From Nevskia sp. (GTDB taxonomy: Bacteria; Pseudomonadota; Gammaproteobacteria; Nevskiales; Nevskiaceae): a DNA stretch of 64,000 bases. The notes beneath the pieces were generated by a model. It was not told the origin of the DNA. It did not search any database and saw nothing but the letters and a program-made list of their open reading frames with translations. The stretch spans positions 16,115 to 80,114 of the forward strand of contig JAYWBB010000112.1 in the NCBI GenBank assembly GCA_043781855.1. The letters are read 5' to 3'. A program made the translations under genes and the position numbers. Shown in pieces: positions 9,615 through 19,564 of the stretch; the first letter of the stretch is position 1; each line of letters begins with the position of its first letter.

Positions 9615-10391
9615 ATGCGCGACGACGCGCTTGCCTGGCGCTGGCGCAATGGCAGCTTGCAGGCCATCGCGTTTCCGTCGGCGGTGCGGCTCGATGACCT
9701 GCTCGGCATCGAGCGACAGAAAGCCGCCGCCGCGCAGAACACGCGGCAATTCGTCGAAGGCCGGCCAGCGAACCACGTGCTCCTGACCGGCTCGCGCGGC
9801 ACCGGCAAGTCCTCGCTGGTGAAAGCCTTGCTGACCGAATTCTCGCCGCAGCGTTTGCGGCTGGTCGAGGTTCATCCGCATGATCTCGTCGATCTGCCGG
9901 ATGTCGTCGCGCCCTTGCGTGGAAGGCCCGAACGCTACCTGCTCTATGTCGACGATTTCTCCGTCGGCGTGAACGATCCAGCACTCGCCGCGCTTAAGGC
10001 CGCGCTCGATGGCGGGGTCGAGGAGCCGCCCGAAAACGTACTGATCTACGCGACCAGCAACCGCCGACATCTGATGCCGGAACTGAAACGCGAGAACGAG
10101 GAATATCGCTGGGATGGCGGCGAACTGCATCCCGGGGAAACGACCGAGGAGAAGATCGCACTGTCCGAGCGCTTCGGTCTCTGGCTGAGTTTTCCGCCCT
10201 TCGATCAGGCGCAGTATCTCGACGCCGCGCGCCTGCATCTCGCGCGTCTCGGTTGCCAGGAGTGGAACCAGGAAGTGGAAAAATCGGCACTGCGCTGGGC
10301 ACTCAATCGCGCCTCCCGCTCCGGCCGCGTGGCGCAGCAGTTCGCGCGCGACCATGCCGGACGCCTGGGCCCGACCACCGGCCCGGCTTGA
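9615..10391 (+). CDS. DUF815-family P-loop ATPase
   Basis: 258 aa with Walker A in LLTGSRGTGKSSLVKALL and Walker B-like LLYVDDFS. It starts 3 nt after the ilvI stop. Confidence 0.8.
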   Translation: MRDDALAWRWRNGSLQAIAFPSAVRLDDLLGIERQKAAAAQNTRQFVEGRPANHVLLTGSRGTGKSSLVKALLTEFSPQRLRLVEVHPHDLVDLPDVVAPLRGRPERYLLYVDDFSVGVNDPALAALKAALDGGVEEPPENVLIYATSNRRHLMPELKRENEEYRWDGGELHPGETTEEKIALSERFGLWLSFPPFDQAQYLDAARLHLARLGCQEWNQEVEKSALRWALNRASRSGRVAQQFARDHAGRLGPTTGPA

Positions 10392-10512
10392 GTCGCGAGG
10401 CCGTTCAGCCTGCGCTCAGCCGGGCGCTGCCAACCTTCCTCTCGACGCCTCGTCGTTGCAACGGCGACACGAGAACACACAGCGTCGCCTTCATCACCCG
10501 AGGAGACTAGAC

Positions 10513-11106
10513 ATGATGATTCGTAAAACCGCACTGGCGCTGATCCTGGCCACGACGTTCGCGGCACCGGCTTTCGCGCAGAGCAATGCCGCCACCGACA
10601 CGCAACGCGATGTCAATCAGCAGCAGCGCATCGAGCAGGGTCTGAAATCCGGACAGCTGAATACCAAGGAAGCGGGTCAGCTTGAGCGGCAGCAGCAGCA
10701 GATCGACCGCGTGGAAGCCCGCGATCTCAAAGACGGCTCGATCAACGCCAAGGAGCAGGCGCGATTGAATACCCTGCAAAACCACGCGAGCGAGCAGATC
10801 AAGGACGACAAGCACAATGCGATCAAGGGCAATCCGGAATCGGCATCGAGCGAGCGACTGCAGAACGACGTTCAGCGCAACGTCAATCAGCAGCAGCGCA
10901 TTGAGCAGGGCGTGAAATCGGGCGAGTTGGCGCCGCGCGAAACCGGCAAGCTGGAGCATGGCCAGGCGCATGACAGTCGTCTGGAAGCCCGCGCCGCGGC
11001 CGATGGCCACGTGGGCGCACGCGAGCAGGCCCGCATTGCGCGTTCCGAGACGGTTCAGAGCGAGCGCATCCACGCGAAAAAACATAACCGGCGCGAGCGC
11101 AACTAG
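10513..11106 (+). CDS. Secreted protein of unknown function with an internal two-fold repeat
   Basis: AGGAG at 10501 is followed by the ATG at 10513. The signal peptide is MMIRKTALALILATTFAAPAFA. Two repeats of about 90 aa each contain NQQQRIEQG(L/V)KSG(Q/E)L and end in KHN. Confidence 0.75.
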   Translation: MMIRKTALALILATTFAAPAFAQSNAATDTQRDVNQQQRIEQGLKSGQLNTKEAGQLERQQQQIDRVEARDLKDGSINAKEQARLNTLQNHASEQIKDDKHNAIKGNPESASSERLQNDVQRNVNQQQRIEQGVKSGELAPRETGKLEHGQAHDSRLEARAAADGHVGAREQARIARSETVQSERIHAKKHNRRERN

Positions 11107-11123
11107 GCGGTTCGCTGTCGCAG

Positions 11124-11152
11124 AAAAAGGGCCGCTACGCGCGGCCTTTTTT
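11124..11152. terminator. Bidirectional rho-independent terminator
   Basis: AAAAAG-GGCCGC-TACGC-GCGGCC-TTTTTT, 18 nt after the stop at 11106. Confidence 0.8.
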
Positions 11153-11229
11153 CTGTCCGCGCGGCGGCGTCCGCCCGAGCTGCGCGGGCGCAGCAAAGCA
11201 AAATGAGCCTGCCGAATAAGCGCACGCCT

Positions 11230-11259
11230 TTGTTTTCATGCGGCTTGCGCCGGTACACT
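11230..11259 (+). promoter_or_regulatory. Candidate sigma70 promoter for bcsBZC
   Basis: TTGTTT (11230-11235), an 18-nt spacer, then TACACT (11254-11259). This is about 70 nt upstream of the proposed bcsB start. It is a by-eye match only. Confidence 0.25.
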
Positions 11260-11327
11260 CCGCAGTTGTTGGTCCATCCGTCCACCGGTGTTGGCATCCG
11301 GCTCGCGCAACCAGGGAGCGTGTCGAC

Positions 11328-13559
11328 GTGCGATTGCTGATTCGCTTCGTTGCAGCATTTTTTTTTGCGGGCGCCAGCGCCCTCGCTGCGGCAGCAGCCA
11401 CCAACCCGCCGGCTGCGGCCGCCGAAGCATCGACCTCACGCTTGATGACGCTGCCGTTCACGGACTTCGGCATCACCGGCAGTGCCCCCCTGCGCGGCGT
11501 CAAGAGCGAGATCAATCTGCCGTTCGGAACGCGCCTCGACGAGGTCGCGGTCAAGGCGACGCTGCACTTGCAGTACAGCTATTCGCCCTCGTTGCTCGCC
11601 GATCTTTCGCATCTCAAGATCGTGCTCAACGATCAGGTCGTCGAAACGATCCCGCTGCCGCGCGACGGCGCCGGTTCCGAGCAGACGCGGGATGTCGCAC
11701 TCGACCCGCGTTACTTCACCGACTACAACCACCTGCGCATCGAGCTGATCGCCCACTACACACTGGAGTGCGAGGACGCGCTGCACTCGAGCCTCTGGGC
11801 GACAATCAGCGACCATAGCCGGCTCGAGATCCGGCTCAAGCCGCTGTCGATCGCGCCGGACTTGTCGCTGCTGCCCGAGCCGTTCTTCGACCCGCGCGAT
11901 GGCCGCGCCCTGATCCTGCCGCTGCTGCTGCCGCCGAAGGCCGATACCGCGACGCTCGAAGCGGCCGGCATCATGAGTTCCTGGTTCGGCGCGCTGGCCG
12001 CCTACCGCGGCGCCACGTTCCCGGTCAGCGACGGCGCGCTGCCGGAGCGTGCCGCGCTGGTGTTCGCTGCCAACGGCGCACAGCCGGCCGGGTTGTCGCT
12101 GCCGAAGGTCGAAGGCCCGACGCTGTCGATCGTCGCCAATCCCCAGCACAAGGAAGTGCTGTACCTGGTGCTGCAGGGCCGCGACGGCTCCGATCTGCGC
12201 ACGGCCGCGCAGGCGCTGGCGCTCGGCCAGGCGGTGCTGTCGGGCAAGGTGGCACGCGTCGACAGTGTTACGCTCGGAGCGCTGCGGCCGCCATACGACG
12301 CGCCGAACTGGCTGCCGAGCGAACGGCCGGTGAAGTTCTCGGAACTCGTCGAAACGCCGACGCAGTTACAGGTCGACGGCCACCAGCCCGGCGCCATCCG
12401 CGTCAACCTGCGACTGGCGCCGGACCTCCTGACCTGGAACCGGGCCGGCGTGCCAATCGATCTCAAATATCGCTACACGCCGCCGGCCTCACCCGATAAC
12501 TCGACACTGACCTTCACCATCAACGAGCAACTGGTCCGTGCCTTTCGTCTCAAGGCCGACGGCCAGACGCGCGATCGTCTGCAACTGGTCGTGCCTTTGC
12601 TCGGCGACACTTTCGGTCCCAGCCGCGACCAGTTCGTGATCCCGGCGTTCCAGATCGGCGCCGACAACCAGATGCAGTTCCGCTTCGTGCTCGACTACCA
12701 CAAGCCGGCGCTGTGCACGGACAGCGCGGCGGACTCGGTGCGCGCCGCGATCGATCCCGATTCCACGATCGACCTGTCCAGCTTCCCGCACTATGTGCGC
12801 ATGCCCGACCTCGCGCTGTTCGCGAACGCAAGCTGGCCGTTCAGCAAATTCGCCGATCTCTCGGAAACCGCGATCGTGCTGCCCGACGCACCGACGATGA
12901 ACGAGCTCTCCGCCGCTTACGACCTGCTCGGCCGCATCGGCCGCCACACGGGCGCCCCGGCAACGCGGGTGCGCTTCGTCGGCGAAAGCGGCGTCGACGA
13001 GGTCAAGGACCGCAATCTGCTGATCGTCGGCGGCGGCCGCGCCGACGGCCTGCTGGCGCGCTGGGCGAAGTCGCTCGACCTGCACGTCAGCACGGACCAG
13101 CGCAGCCTCGGCCAGCTCGCGGTCGCACGCGCGCTGCCGACGGAGCTGCTCTACGGCGGACACCGACCGGGCTTCGACGGCGAAGTGGATTTCCGCACCG
13201 ATGGGCCGCTCGCCGGCCTGCTTGGCTTTCAGTCGCCGCTGCGGGCGGGCCGGAGTGTCATCGCGCTGCTGGCCTCCTCGGACGAGGCGCGCGGCAAGCT
13301 GGCCGCCGCGCTGCGCAGCCCGGCGATCGTCAGCCAGCTGCGCGGCGATACCGCGATCATCCGCGGTGACGAAGTCGCGAGCTTCACTTCGCAGCGCAGC
13401 TACTTCATCGGCCGACTGCCATGGCTGACGCAGATCTGGCTCTGGCTCGCCCGGCATCCGTGGCTCATCGTGCTGATGGGTATCGCCGCCGGGCTGCTGT
13501 TGGCGCTCTGGCTGTACTCGCGGCTGCGCAACGCGGCGATCCGTCGGCTCGACACTTGA
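11328..13559 (+). CDS. bcsB: Cellulose synthase periplasmic subunit BcsB
   Basis: ORF 11238..13559. The GTG at 11328 has GGGAG 9 nt upstream and gives the signal-like VRLLIRFVAAFFFAGASALAAAAA. The protein is about 740 aa with a C-terminal TM anchor (WLIVLMGIAAGLLLALWLY), the usual BcsB architecture. bcsZ and bcsC follow. Confidence 0.85.
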   Translation: MRLLIRFVAAFFFAGASALAAAAATNPPAAAAEASTSRLMTLPFTDFGITGSAPLRGVKSEINLPFGTRLDEVAVKATLHLQYSYSPSLLADLSHLKIVLNDQVVETIPLPRDGAGSEQTRDVALDPRYFTDYNHLRIELIAHYTLECEDALHSSLWATISDHSRLEIRLKPLSIAPDLSLLPEPFFDPRDGRALILPLLLPPKADTATLEAAGIMSSWFGALAAYRGATFPVSDGALPERAALVFAANGAQPAGLSLPKVEGPTLSIVANPQHKEVLYLVLQGRDGSDLRTAAQALALGQAVLSGKVARVDSVTLGALRPPYDAPNWLPSERPVKFSELVETPTQLQVDGHQPGAIRVNLRLAPDLLTWNRAGVPIDLKYRYTPPASPDNSTLTFTINEQLVRAFRLKADGQTRDRLQLVVPLLGDTFGPSRDQFVIPAFQIGADNQMQFRFVLDYHKPALCTDSAADSVRAAIDPDSTIDLSSFPHYVRMPDLALFANASWPFSKFADLSETAIVLPDAPTMNELSAAYDLLGRIGRHTGAPATRVRFVGESGVDEVKDRNLLIVGGGRADGLLARWAKSLDLHVSTDQRSLGQLAVARALPTELLYGGHRPGFDGEVDFRTDGPLAGLLGFQSPLRAGRSVIALLASSDEARGKLAAALRSPAIVSQLRGDTAIIRGDEVASFTSQRSYFIGRLPWLTQIWLWLARHPWLIVLMGIAAGLLLALWLYSRLRNAAIRRLDT

Positions 13560-13561
13560 TC

Positions 13562-14707
13562 GTGCCGGGCATCCGGGCGCAATCGCTGCCGGGCCTGGCG
13601 CTGGCCTTGCTGATGCAAGCCGGCATCGCTGGCGCGGCGGCCCCGCCGCCGGAAAAGCACTGGCCGCAGTTCGAGGCGTTCGTGCAGCGCTTCGTCAGCA
13701 CTGAAGGTCGCGTAGTCGATCCGATCTCGGCACCGCGTTACACGACCTCCGAAGGCCAGGGCTACGCCTTGTTCTTCGCGCTGGTCGCCGACGATCGCGC
13801 GCTGTTCGAGCGCCTGCTGGTCTGGACCCGCGACAACCTCGCCGCTGGAGACTTCGCTGCGCATTTGCCGGCCTGGCAGTGGGGCCTGCGCAGCGATGGC
13901 AACTGGGGCGTGGCCGATGCGAACCCCGCCGCCGATGCCGACCTCTGGCTCGCCTACACGCTGCTCGAAGCCGGACGCATCTGGGAAGAGCGCCGCTACC
14001 GCGTGCTCGGCAAGCTGATCGCGCATCGTATCCTCGCCGAGGAGACCGCCGACCTGCCCGGTCTCGGCCGCACGATGCTGCCGGCACCGACCGGCTTTCA
14101 CCCGACGCCGGAACGCTGGCGCCTGAACCCGAGCTATGGGCCGGTGCCGCTGCTGCGCGGCCTGGTACTGGCCGACGAGACCAATGCCGACGCCTGGCGC
14201 GCACTTGCCGCCAGCGCGCAGGCGCTGATCACCGACAGCGCCAGCCAGGGCTACGCGCCGGACTGGACCTTGTTCGAGACCGGGCGCGGCTTTCTCGCCG
14301 ACGCCGAAACCGGCGGCATTGGCAGCTACAACGCGATCCGCGTCTATCTCTGGGCCGGGCTCATGGCCAACGATGAATCACGCGCCGCGCAGCTTGCCGC
14401 ACTCTCCGGTATGGCCGACCGCGTGCCGCCGCCGGAAGTAGTCGAGACGGTCACCGGCCGCGCTCGCGGCGAGGGGCCGAGCGGCTTCGCTGCCGCGCTG
14501 ATCCCGTTCCAGCGCGCATTGCGTCACGAGTCGGCGGCAGCCACGCTGGCGGCGCGCGTCGCGGCAGCCGGCTGGCCGGTCGAAGGCTATTACGACTCGG
14601 TGCTGACCCTGTTCGCACAGGGCCACGAGGAGCGCCGCTACTGCTTCGACGCCGACGGTCGTCTGCATCATCTCCCGGAGCCGAGCGCATGCGCCCCGGA
14701 ACATTGA
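13562..14707 (+). CDS. bcsZ: Endo-1,4-beta-glucanase, GH8 (BcsZ)
   Basis: TSEGQGYALFFALVADDRALFERLLVWTRDNLA is a typical GH8 catalytic region. The GTG at 13562 gives a signal-peptide-like start (PGIRAQSLPGLALALLMQAGIAGA); the TTG at 13556 is also possible. Confidence 0.85.
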   Translation: MPGIRAQSLPGLALALLMQAGIAGAAAPPPEKHWPQFEAFVQRFVSTEGRVVDPISAPRYTTSEGQGYALFFALVADDRALFERLLVWTRDNLAAGDFAAHLPAWQWGLRSDGNWGVADANPAADADLWLAYTLLEAGRIWEERRYRVLGKLIAHRILAEETADLPGLGRTMLPAPTGFHPTPERWRLNPSYGPVPLLRGLVLADETNADAWRALAASAQALITDSASQGYAPDWTLFETGRGFLADAETGGIGSYNAIRVYLWAGLMANDESRAAQLAALSGMADRVPPPEVVETVTGRARGEGPSGFAAALIPFQRALRHESAAATLAARVAAAGWPVEGYYDSVLTLFAQGHEERRYCFDADGRLHHLPEPSACAPEH

Positions 14708-17700
14708 TCGGCACATTGATCGGCGCGCTGCTGTTCGCCGCGACGCTCGCAGCCGCCGCGACGCCGGACGCCGAGACGCAGGCGCGCGCCGATGCCGAAA
14801 CCTGGGAGGCGCTGGGCCGCGCCGATCTGGCGCAGCTGGCGCTGAACAAGATTCTGCTGACGCGGCCGGGCGATACCGGGCTGCTGTTCGAGATCGGCCA
14901 GCTGAATCTGCGGCTCAATCAGACCCGTGCGGCGCAGGCGATCCTGCAGCAGATGCAGGCGCTCGCGCCCGACGCGCCGCTAACGGCGCAGATGGCGCTC
15001 GCCTACCGCGCCGCCTCCAGCGACCGCCTGCGGCTCGCCGGCGTGCGCCGTCTGATCGAGCTGCACCGGGATCAGGAGGCCGTGGCCGAGCTGCGCAAGC
15101 TGTTTCCGCACGGCGCGCCCGACGGCGATCTCGGTGTCGAGTATTTCCGCGTCCTCTACGAGCTGCCGCGCGAGCGGGCCGCCGCGCGGGCCGGCCTCGC
15201 TGCGATTGCCGCGCGTTACCCGCACCAGCCGCGTTATCGCGTTGCCCTCGCCGACCTGCTGACGCGCGAAGGGACGACGCGTGCCGAAGGCCTGCGGCTG
15301 CTGCAACAGGCGTCAAGCGAGGCCGCCGAGCCTTCGCCGAGGGCGCTCGATGCCTGGCGTCGCGGCCTGCTGCGCGGATCGATCGACGCCGCCAGCCGGG
15401 CGTCGGCGCGCGCCTACCTCGGACGCAAGCCGGACGATGCCGAGATCGTCGCCCGGCTGGAACATCGGCCCGCGCCGAGGGCGGCCATTGCCGCGAGCCG
15501 ACAGGCCGCGCCGCGCAGCGATCCGCTGGCCACGACGGTCAACGCGCTGCTGCTCGCGGGCCGGCAGGAGGAGGCGCTGCGGCGACTCGATGCCGTACGC
15601 GCCGGCGTGACCGCCGACGATCCGGCCGCGCCGCTGCGTGCCGCCGCGCTGCGCGCCCGCGCCGCTGACGAGCAGGCGGCCGGTCGTGCGGTCGCCGCGC
15701 GCCGGACGCTCGCCGAAGCGCTCGCGCTCGCGCCTGCCGATCCCTGGCTGCGTCTCGAGCTGGTTGCCGCCCTGCGTGCGCAGGGTGAAGGCGCGGCAGC
15801 GCAACGGCTCGTCGACGAGGGCTTGCAGCGCACCGTCGCAGCGGCGCGACAGCCGGCGGCCGACGACACGCCAGAATCGCGACGCCTGCGCGCCGAGGCG
15901 CTCGGGCTTGCAGCCGACGCCGAGCAAACACGCGGCCGCAGCGGCGCGGCACTGGCCCTGATCGAGTCGGCGCAAACGCTGACGCCGGACGATCCGTGGC
16001 TGCGCTACCGCCTCGCACGGTTTTACGTGGCGCTCGGGGTGCCCGACGAGGCGCGCGCGCTGATGGCCGAGGGCAGCGCGCGGGCGCGCGGTCCCGGTGC
16101 CATCGAGTCGCACTACGCGCAGGCGCTGCTGCTGGCGAGCCTCGACGACCTCGTCGGCGCGCGTGCGGCGCTGGCCACGATCCCAGTACCCGAGCGCAGC
16201 GACGGTATGCGCTCGCTCGATCGTCGACTGACGATTGCCGCCGCGCGCAGCGAGGCCGACCGCTTGCGCGCGGCAGGCGACAGCGAAGGCGCGAGCGCCG
16301 CCCTCGCGGCCATCGAGGATCAGACACTCGATGACGCCGAGGCCGTGCGCAGTCTCGCGTCGGCCTGGCGCGGCCTCGAGCAACCGCAGCGCGGCCTCGC
16401 GCTGATCGCCCGCGCACAAAGCGCCGGGCTGAAGCCGACGCCGGAGCTGCGCGTGCTGCGCGCCGAACTGCTCGGCGAGACCGGCGACGATGCCGCGCTC
16501 GCCTTCGCACTGATCGCCCTGGATGCCGATCCCGAATTGAGCGCGGCGCAGCGCCAGCGTGTCGCGGCGGTCGAGAGCCGGCGCGAGCTGTCGGCGATCG
16601 AGCGGCTGCGCAAAAGCGGCGACGATGCCGGCGCCCTCGCCCGGCTCGACGCGGCGCTGGCACGCACGCCGAACGACGCCGCGCTGCGCGATGCGCGCGC
16701 CGAATTACAACTCGACCATCACCGCTACGCCGCCGCGCTCGCTGACCTGCGCGCGGTCGTCGCCCGCTCGGACGAACCCTGGCGCGTCGCGCGCGCGAAC
16801 GGCCGCATCGAGGATATCGAGGCGCGCCGCGACGGCTTCGTTGCGCTCGGCCCGAGCCTGCGCGACAAGCCGGGCTCGGCCGGCAGCTCGCGCTTCACCA
16901 ATCTCGAAATTCCATTCGAGATCGACTATCCGCTCGGCTATGACCAGCACCTGTTCGCACATGTCGACCAGGTCAGCTCCAACGCCGGCACCTTGCCGGC
17001 GAACTACGACGACGCGGCGCTGTTCGGCCAGGTGCAGGCGCGCGGGCCGCAATCGCTCGCGCGCTTCCCGAACGGCGCGCGCCAGAGCGCCGACGGCACG
17101 GCCCTCGCGCTCGGCTATCGCACCGAGGCCTTGCGCGCCGATGTCGGCACGACGCCGGTGGGCTTTCCGGTCGTCGACATCGTCGGCGGTCTGCGTTTCG
17201 CCGAGCGCCTCGGCAGCCTCCACCTCACCGCCGATATCGCACGCCGACCCGTGACCAGCAGCGCGCTTGCCTACGCCGGCGCGGTCGATCCGGCCACCGG
17301 CCGCGTCTGGGGCGGCGTGCGCGACAACCGCGTGCAATTGCGCCTCGCCGAGTACGATCCGCATTTCTCGCTGAGCGGCAGTGTCGAGGCCGGTCTCGCC
17401 GCCGGCCGCAACGTGGCCGGCAATGCCCACATCCAGCTCGGCACAAGTGCGAACTGGCGCGTGTTCGAGCGGCCGACGCAGCGTGTCTTCGTCGGCCTTT
17501 CTGGCGCCTACTGGCACTTCGAGAAGAACCTCGAGGACTACACCTTCGGCCACGGCGGTTATTACAGCCCGCAGCAGTATTTCTCGCTCGGCCTGCCGCT
17601 GGAATGGAACGGCCGGCTTGGCCGCTGGACCTATACGCTGCGCGGCGCGCTGTCGGTGTCCTACAGCAAGATCGACGCGGCGCCGTTTTATCCCGGCGAC

Positions 17701-17979
17701 AGCGCGCTGCAAACGCTGGCACTCGGCTCGCCGCTACCGGCCGGCTTCTCTGCACCGGTCTACGGCGCACGCTCGGGGCTCGGCTTCGGCCGTTCGCTGA
17801 AGGGTGAGCTGGAATATGCGCTGACGCCGAAGTGGTCGCTCGGCGGCACGTTCGACATCGACCGCTCGGCGTTCTACTCGCCGAATTTCTTCAGCCTCTA
17901 CCTGCGCCGGACGTTCCGCCCGCACAACCTGCTGCGGTCGTTCCCACCGTCGCCGCCACAGCCTTATTCGGATTACTGA
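14689..17979 (+). CDS. bcsC: Cellulose synthase outer-membrane/TPR subunit BcsC
   Basis: 1096 aa with a signal peptide, a long Ala-rich TPR region and a C-terminal beta-barrel-like part ending in ...FYSPNFFSLYLRRTF. It holds the third position after bcsB and bcsZ. Confidence 0.88.
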   Translation: MRPGTLIGTLIGALLFAATLAAAATPDAETQARADAETWEALGRADLAQLALNKILLTRPGDTGLLFEIGQLNLRLNQTRAAQAILQQMQALAPDAPLTAQMALAYRAASSDRLRLAGVRRLIELHRDQEAVAELRKLFPHGAPDGDLGVEYFRVLYELPRERAAARAGLAAIAARYPHQPRYRVALADLLTREGTTRAEGLRLLQQASSEAAEPSPRALDAWRRGLLRGSIDAASRASARAYLGRKPDDAEIVARLEHRPAPRAAIAASRQAAPRSDPLATTVNALLLAGRQEEALRRLDAVRAGVTADDPAAPLRAAALRARAADEQAAGRAVAARRTLAEALALAPADPWLRLELVAALRAQGEGAAAQRLVDEGLQRTVAAARQPAADDTPESRRLRAEALGLAADAEQTRGRSGAALALIESAQTLTPDDPWLRYRLARFYVALGVPDEARALMAEGSARARGPGAIESHYAQALLLASLDDLVGARAALATIPVPERSDGMRSLDRRLTIAAARSEADRLRAAGDSEGASAALAAIEDQTLDDAEAVRSLASAWRGLEQPQRGLALIARAQSAGLKPTPELRVLRAELLGETGDDAALAFALIALDADPELSAAQRQRVAAVESRRELSAIERLRKSGDDAGALARLDAALARTPNDAALRDARAELQLDHHRYAAALADLRAVVARSDEPWRVARANGRIEDIEARRDGFVALGPSLRDKPGSAGSSRFTNLEIPFEIDYPLGYDQHLFAHVDQVSSNAGTLPANYDDAALFGQVQARGPQSLARFPNGARQSADGTALALGYRTEALRADVGTTPVGFPVVDIVGGLRFAERLGSLHLTADIARRPVTSSALAYAGAVDPATGRVWGGVRDNRVQLRLAEYDPHFSLSGSVEAGLAAGRNVAGNAHIQLGTSANWRVFERPTQRVFVGLSGAYWHFEKNLEDYTFGHGGYYSPQQYFSLGLPLEWNGRLGRWTYTLRGALSVSYSKIDAAPFYPGDSALQTLALGSPLPAGFSAPVYGARSGLGFGRSLKGELEYALTPKWSLGGTFDIDRSAFYSPNFFSLYLRRTFRPHNLLRSFPPSPPQPYSDY

Positions 17980-19544
17980 CCGGGACTGCCGAGGTATGGA
18001 ATCCAGCCGCCGCCGGGCTGGCGCAGCATGGCGCGACCACCGACCTCGACGACGATGTTCTCCTCGTTCTGCGCCACGAACGGCGTCTGCGGCAGACCCC
18101 GCACGGCTTCACCGAGCACATTGGCTGCGGCGTCGAACGGGTCTTTCGCGAGCAGCCGCGACAGCAGCTCGGAGATGGCGAGCAGACTGGTCGGGCCGCC
18201 GACCGCAAGCGGCTCGCCGTGCTTGAGGCCGGGGCCGATGATCGCGACGCCGGCCGGCGCGAGCGTGATCGCCGGCGTCGGAATCTCGCGCAGGCCGGAG
18301 ATCTGCATGCGGTCGCCGCGCAGGTTGGCGCCGTGCTCGGGAACAAAGAAAACCAGCGCCCGGCGCTGCGACTTTTCGATCAGATCGAGGAAGCGGGAAA
18401 CGTCCGTCAGCAGCCGCGAGGCGCGGACCTCGTAGCTCTGCTGCGCCGGCAGCGCGCCGGAATCGACGAGCCGGTTGCCGTCGTGCAGGCTCGCCGTGTT
18501 GTAGTAGAGCGCGACGTGCGGCGCCGGATCGCTGAGGCGCTCCTGCCACCAGCGCGACAGCACGGCGTAGTCCGACTGTACCGGCGAGCCGTCGAACTCG
18601 CGCTGCACAGTCGGCAGATCGGCGTACCAGTGTTGCGGGGCGTCGAGGCCGCCGCGCTCGTGGACATCGGCGGTGAAGTTGCCGAATTTGCCGTTGTGGT
18701 TCATCGCCCAGGAGGGCTCGAAGCCAGCGCGTTTCAGCTCGCCCATCAGGTAGCAGCCTTCGGGCGCCGGCGCATACAGCGCCTCGTGCGGGTCCTGCCC
18801 GCAGGGCCCGCGCAGCAAGCGGATCGCGGCCGGGCCGCTGTAGCTCGCGACGGTGTTGAAATCGGTCAGCATCGCGTCGAACTTCTTCAGCTGCGGCGCG
18901 TCCTGCAGCTTGACCGCGCGCAGATCGTCCCAGGACAGCGAGCAGATCTGCAGGAAGATCACGTCGAACGGCGTCCCATCGGCCGGCAGCGCCGGGAAGC
19001 TCACGCGACGCGTCTTTTCCGCCGCGAAAAACGCGGCGAGCCGGCGATCGAGCCCGGCATCGCTGGCATCGGCTGGCGCGGTCTCGGCGACTGCGCCAGG
19101 GCCCGCGACGGTGCCCGGCGCCACCGTCGTGAGTCGCGGCAACACCGCTATCAGCGGCGTCGCCAGCATCGCCAGCACTGCGAACGTACGCATGCGCAGG
19201 CGCAGCGACAACAGGACGTAGATCACCAGCATGGCGAGCAGCACGAAGCAGACGCGCGGATTGATGAAGCGGCCGAGCAACTGCGTGAGGTAGGCGAGAT
19301 CGAACGAGGCCAGCTCCGGCGTCTGCGCGATGACGCGCCCGACCGGCGGCAGCCAGGAGTCGTAATACAGCAGCGCCGCCGCCACCGGCAGCGCCAGCAC
19401 CTGCCGGGTCGTGCGCATCCAGGGCTGCGGCAGCGGCGGCGCCAGGAGCGCAGCGAACGCGACGTTCGGCCACAGGTGGAAGTCGATGTACTGGCCGTAA
19501 AACAGGAACAGTTTGGCAAAGAAGTAGAAGCCCCAGATATCCAT
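17973..19544 (-). CDS. bcsG: Cellulose phosphoethanolamine transferase BcsG
   Basis: 523 aa. The N-terminus MDIWGFYFFAKLFLFYGQYIDFHLWPNVAFAALLAPPLP parallels the E. coli BcsG N-terminal membrane region. It continues with multi-TM segments and a C-terminal alkaline-phosphatase-like domain. Confidence 0.8.
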   Translation of the reverse strand: MDIWGFYFFAKLFLFYGQYIDFHLWPNVAFAALLAPPLPQPWMRTTRQVLALPVAAALLYYDSWLPPVGRVIAQTPELASFDLAYLTQLLGRFINPRVCFVLLAMLVIYVLLSLRLRMRTFAVLAMLATPLIAVLPRLTTVAPGTVAGPGAVAETAPADASDAGLDRRLAAFFAAEKTRRVSFPALPADGTPFDVIFLQICSLSWDDLRAVKLQDAPQLKKFDAMLTDFNTVASYSGPAAIRLLRGPCGQDPHEALYAPAPEGCYLMGELKRAGFEPSWAMNHNGKFGNFTADVHERGGLDAPQHWYADLPTVQREFDGSPVQSDYAVLSRWWQERLSDPAPHVALYYNTASLHDGNRLVDSGALPAQQSYEVRASRLLTDVSRFLDLIEKSQRRALVFFVPEHGANLRGDRMQISGLREIPTPAITLAPAGVAIIGPGLKHGEPLAVGGPTSLLAISELLSRLLAKDPFDAAANVLGEAVRGLPQTPFVAQNEENIVVEVGGRAMLRQPGGGWIPYLGSPGQ

Positions 19545-19564
19545 GGCGATCGTTATCGAAGGTT

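Noticed and set aside
8406-10355. 649-aa minus-strand ORF
   Set aside because: It is antisense to ilvI and the DUF815 gene. The composition is Arg/Ala/Gly-rich and low-complexity, with no recognisable motifs. This is a typical shadow ORF in high-G+C DNA.
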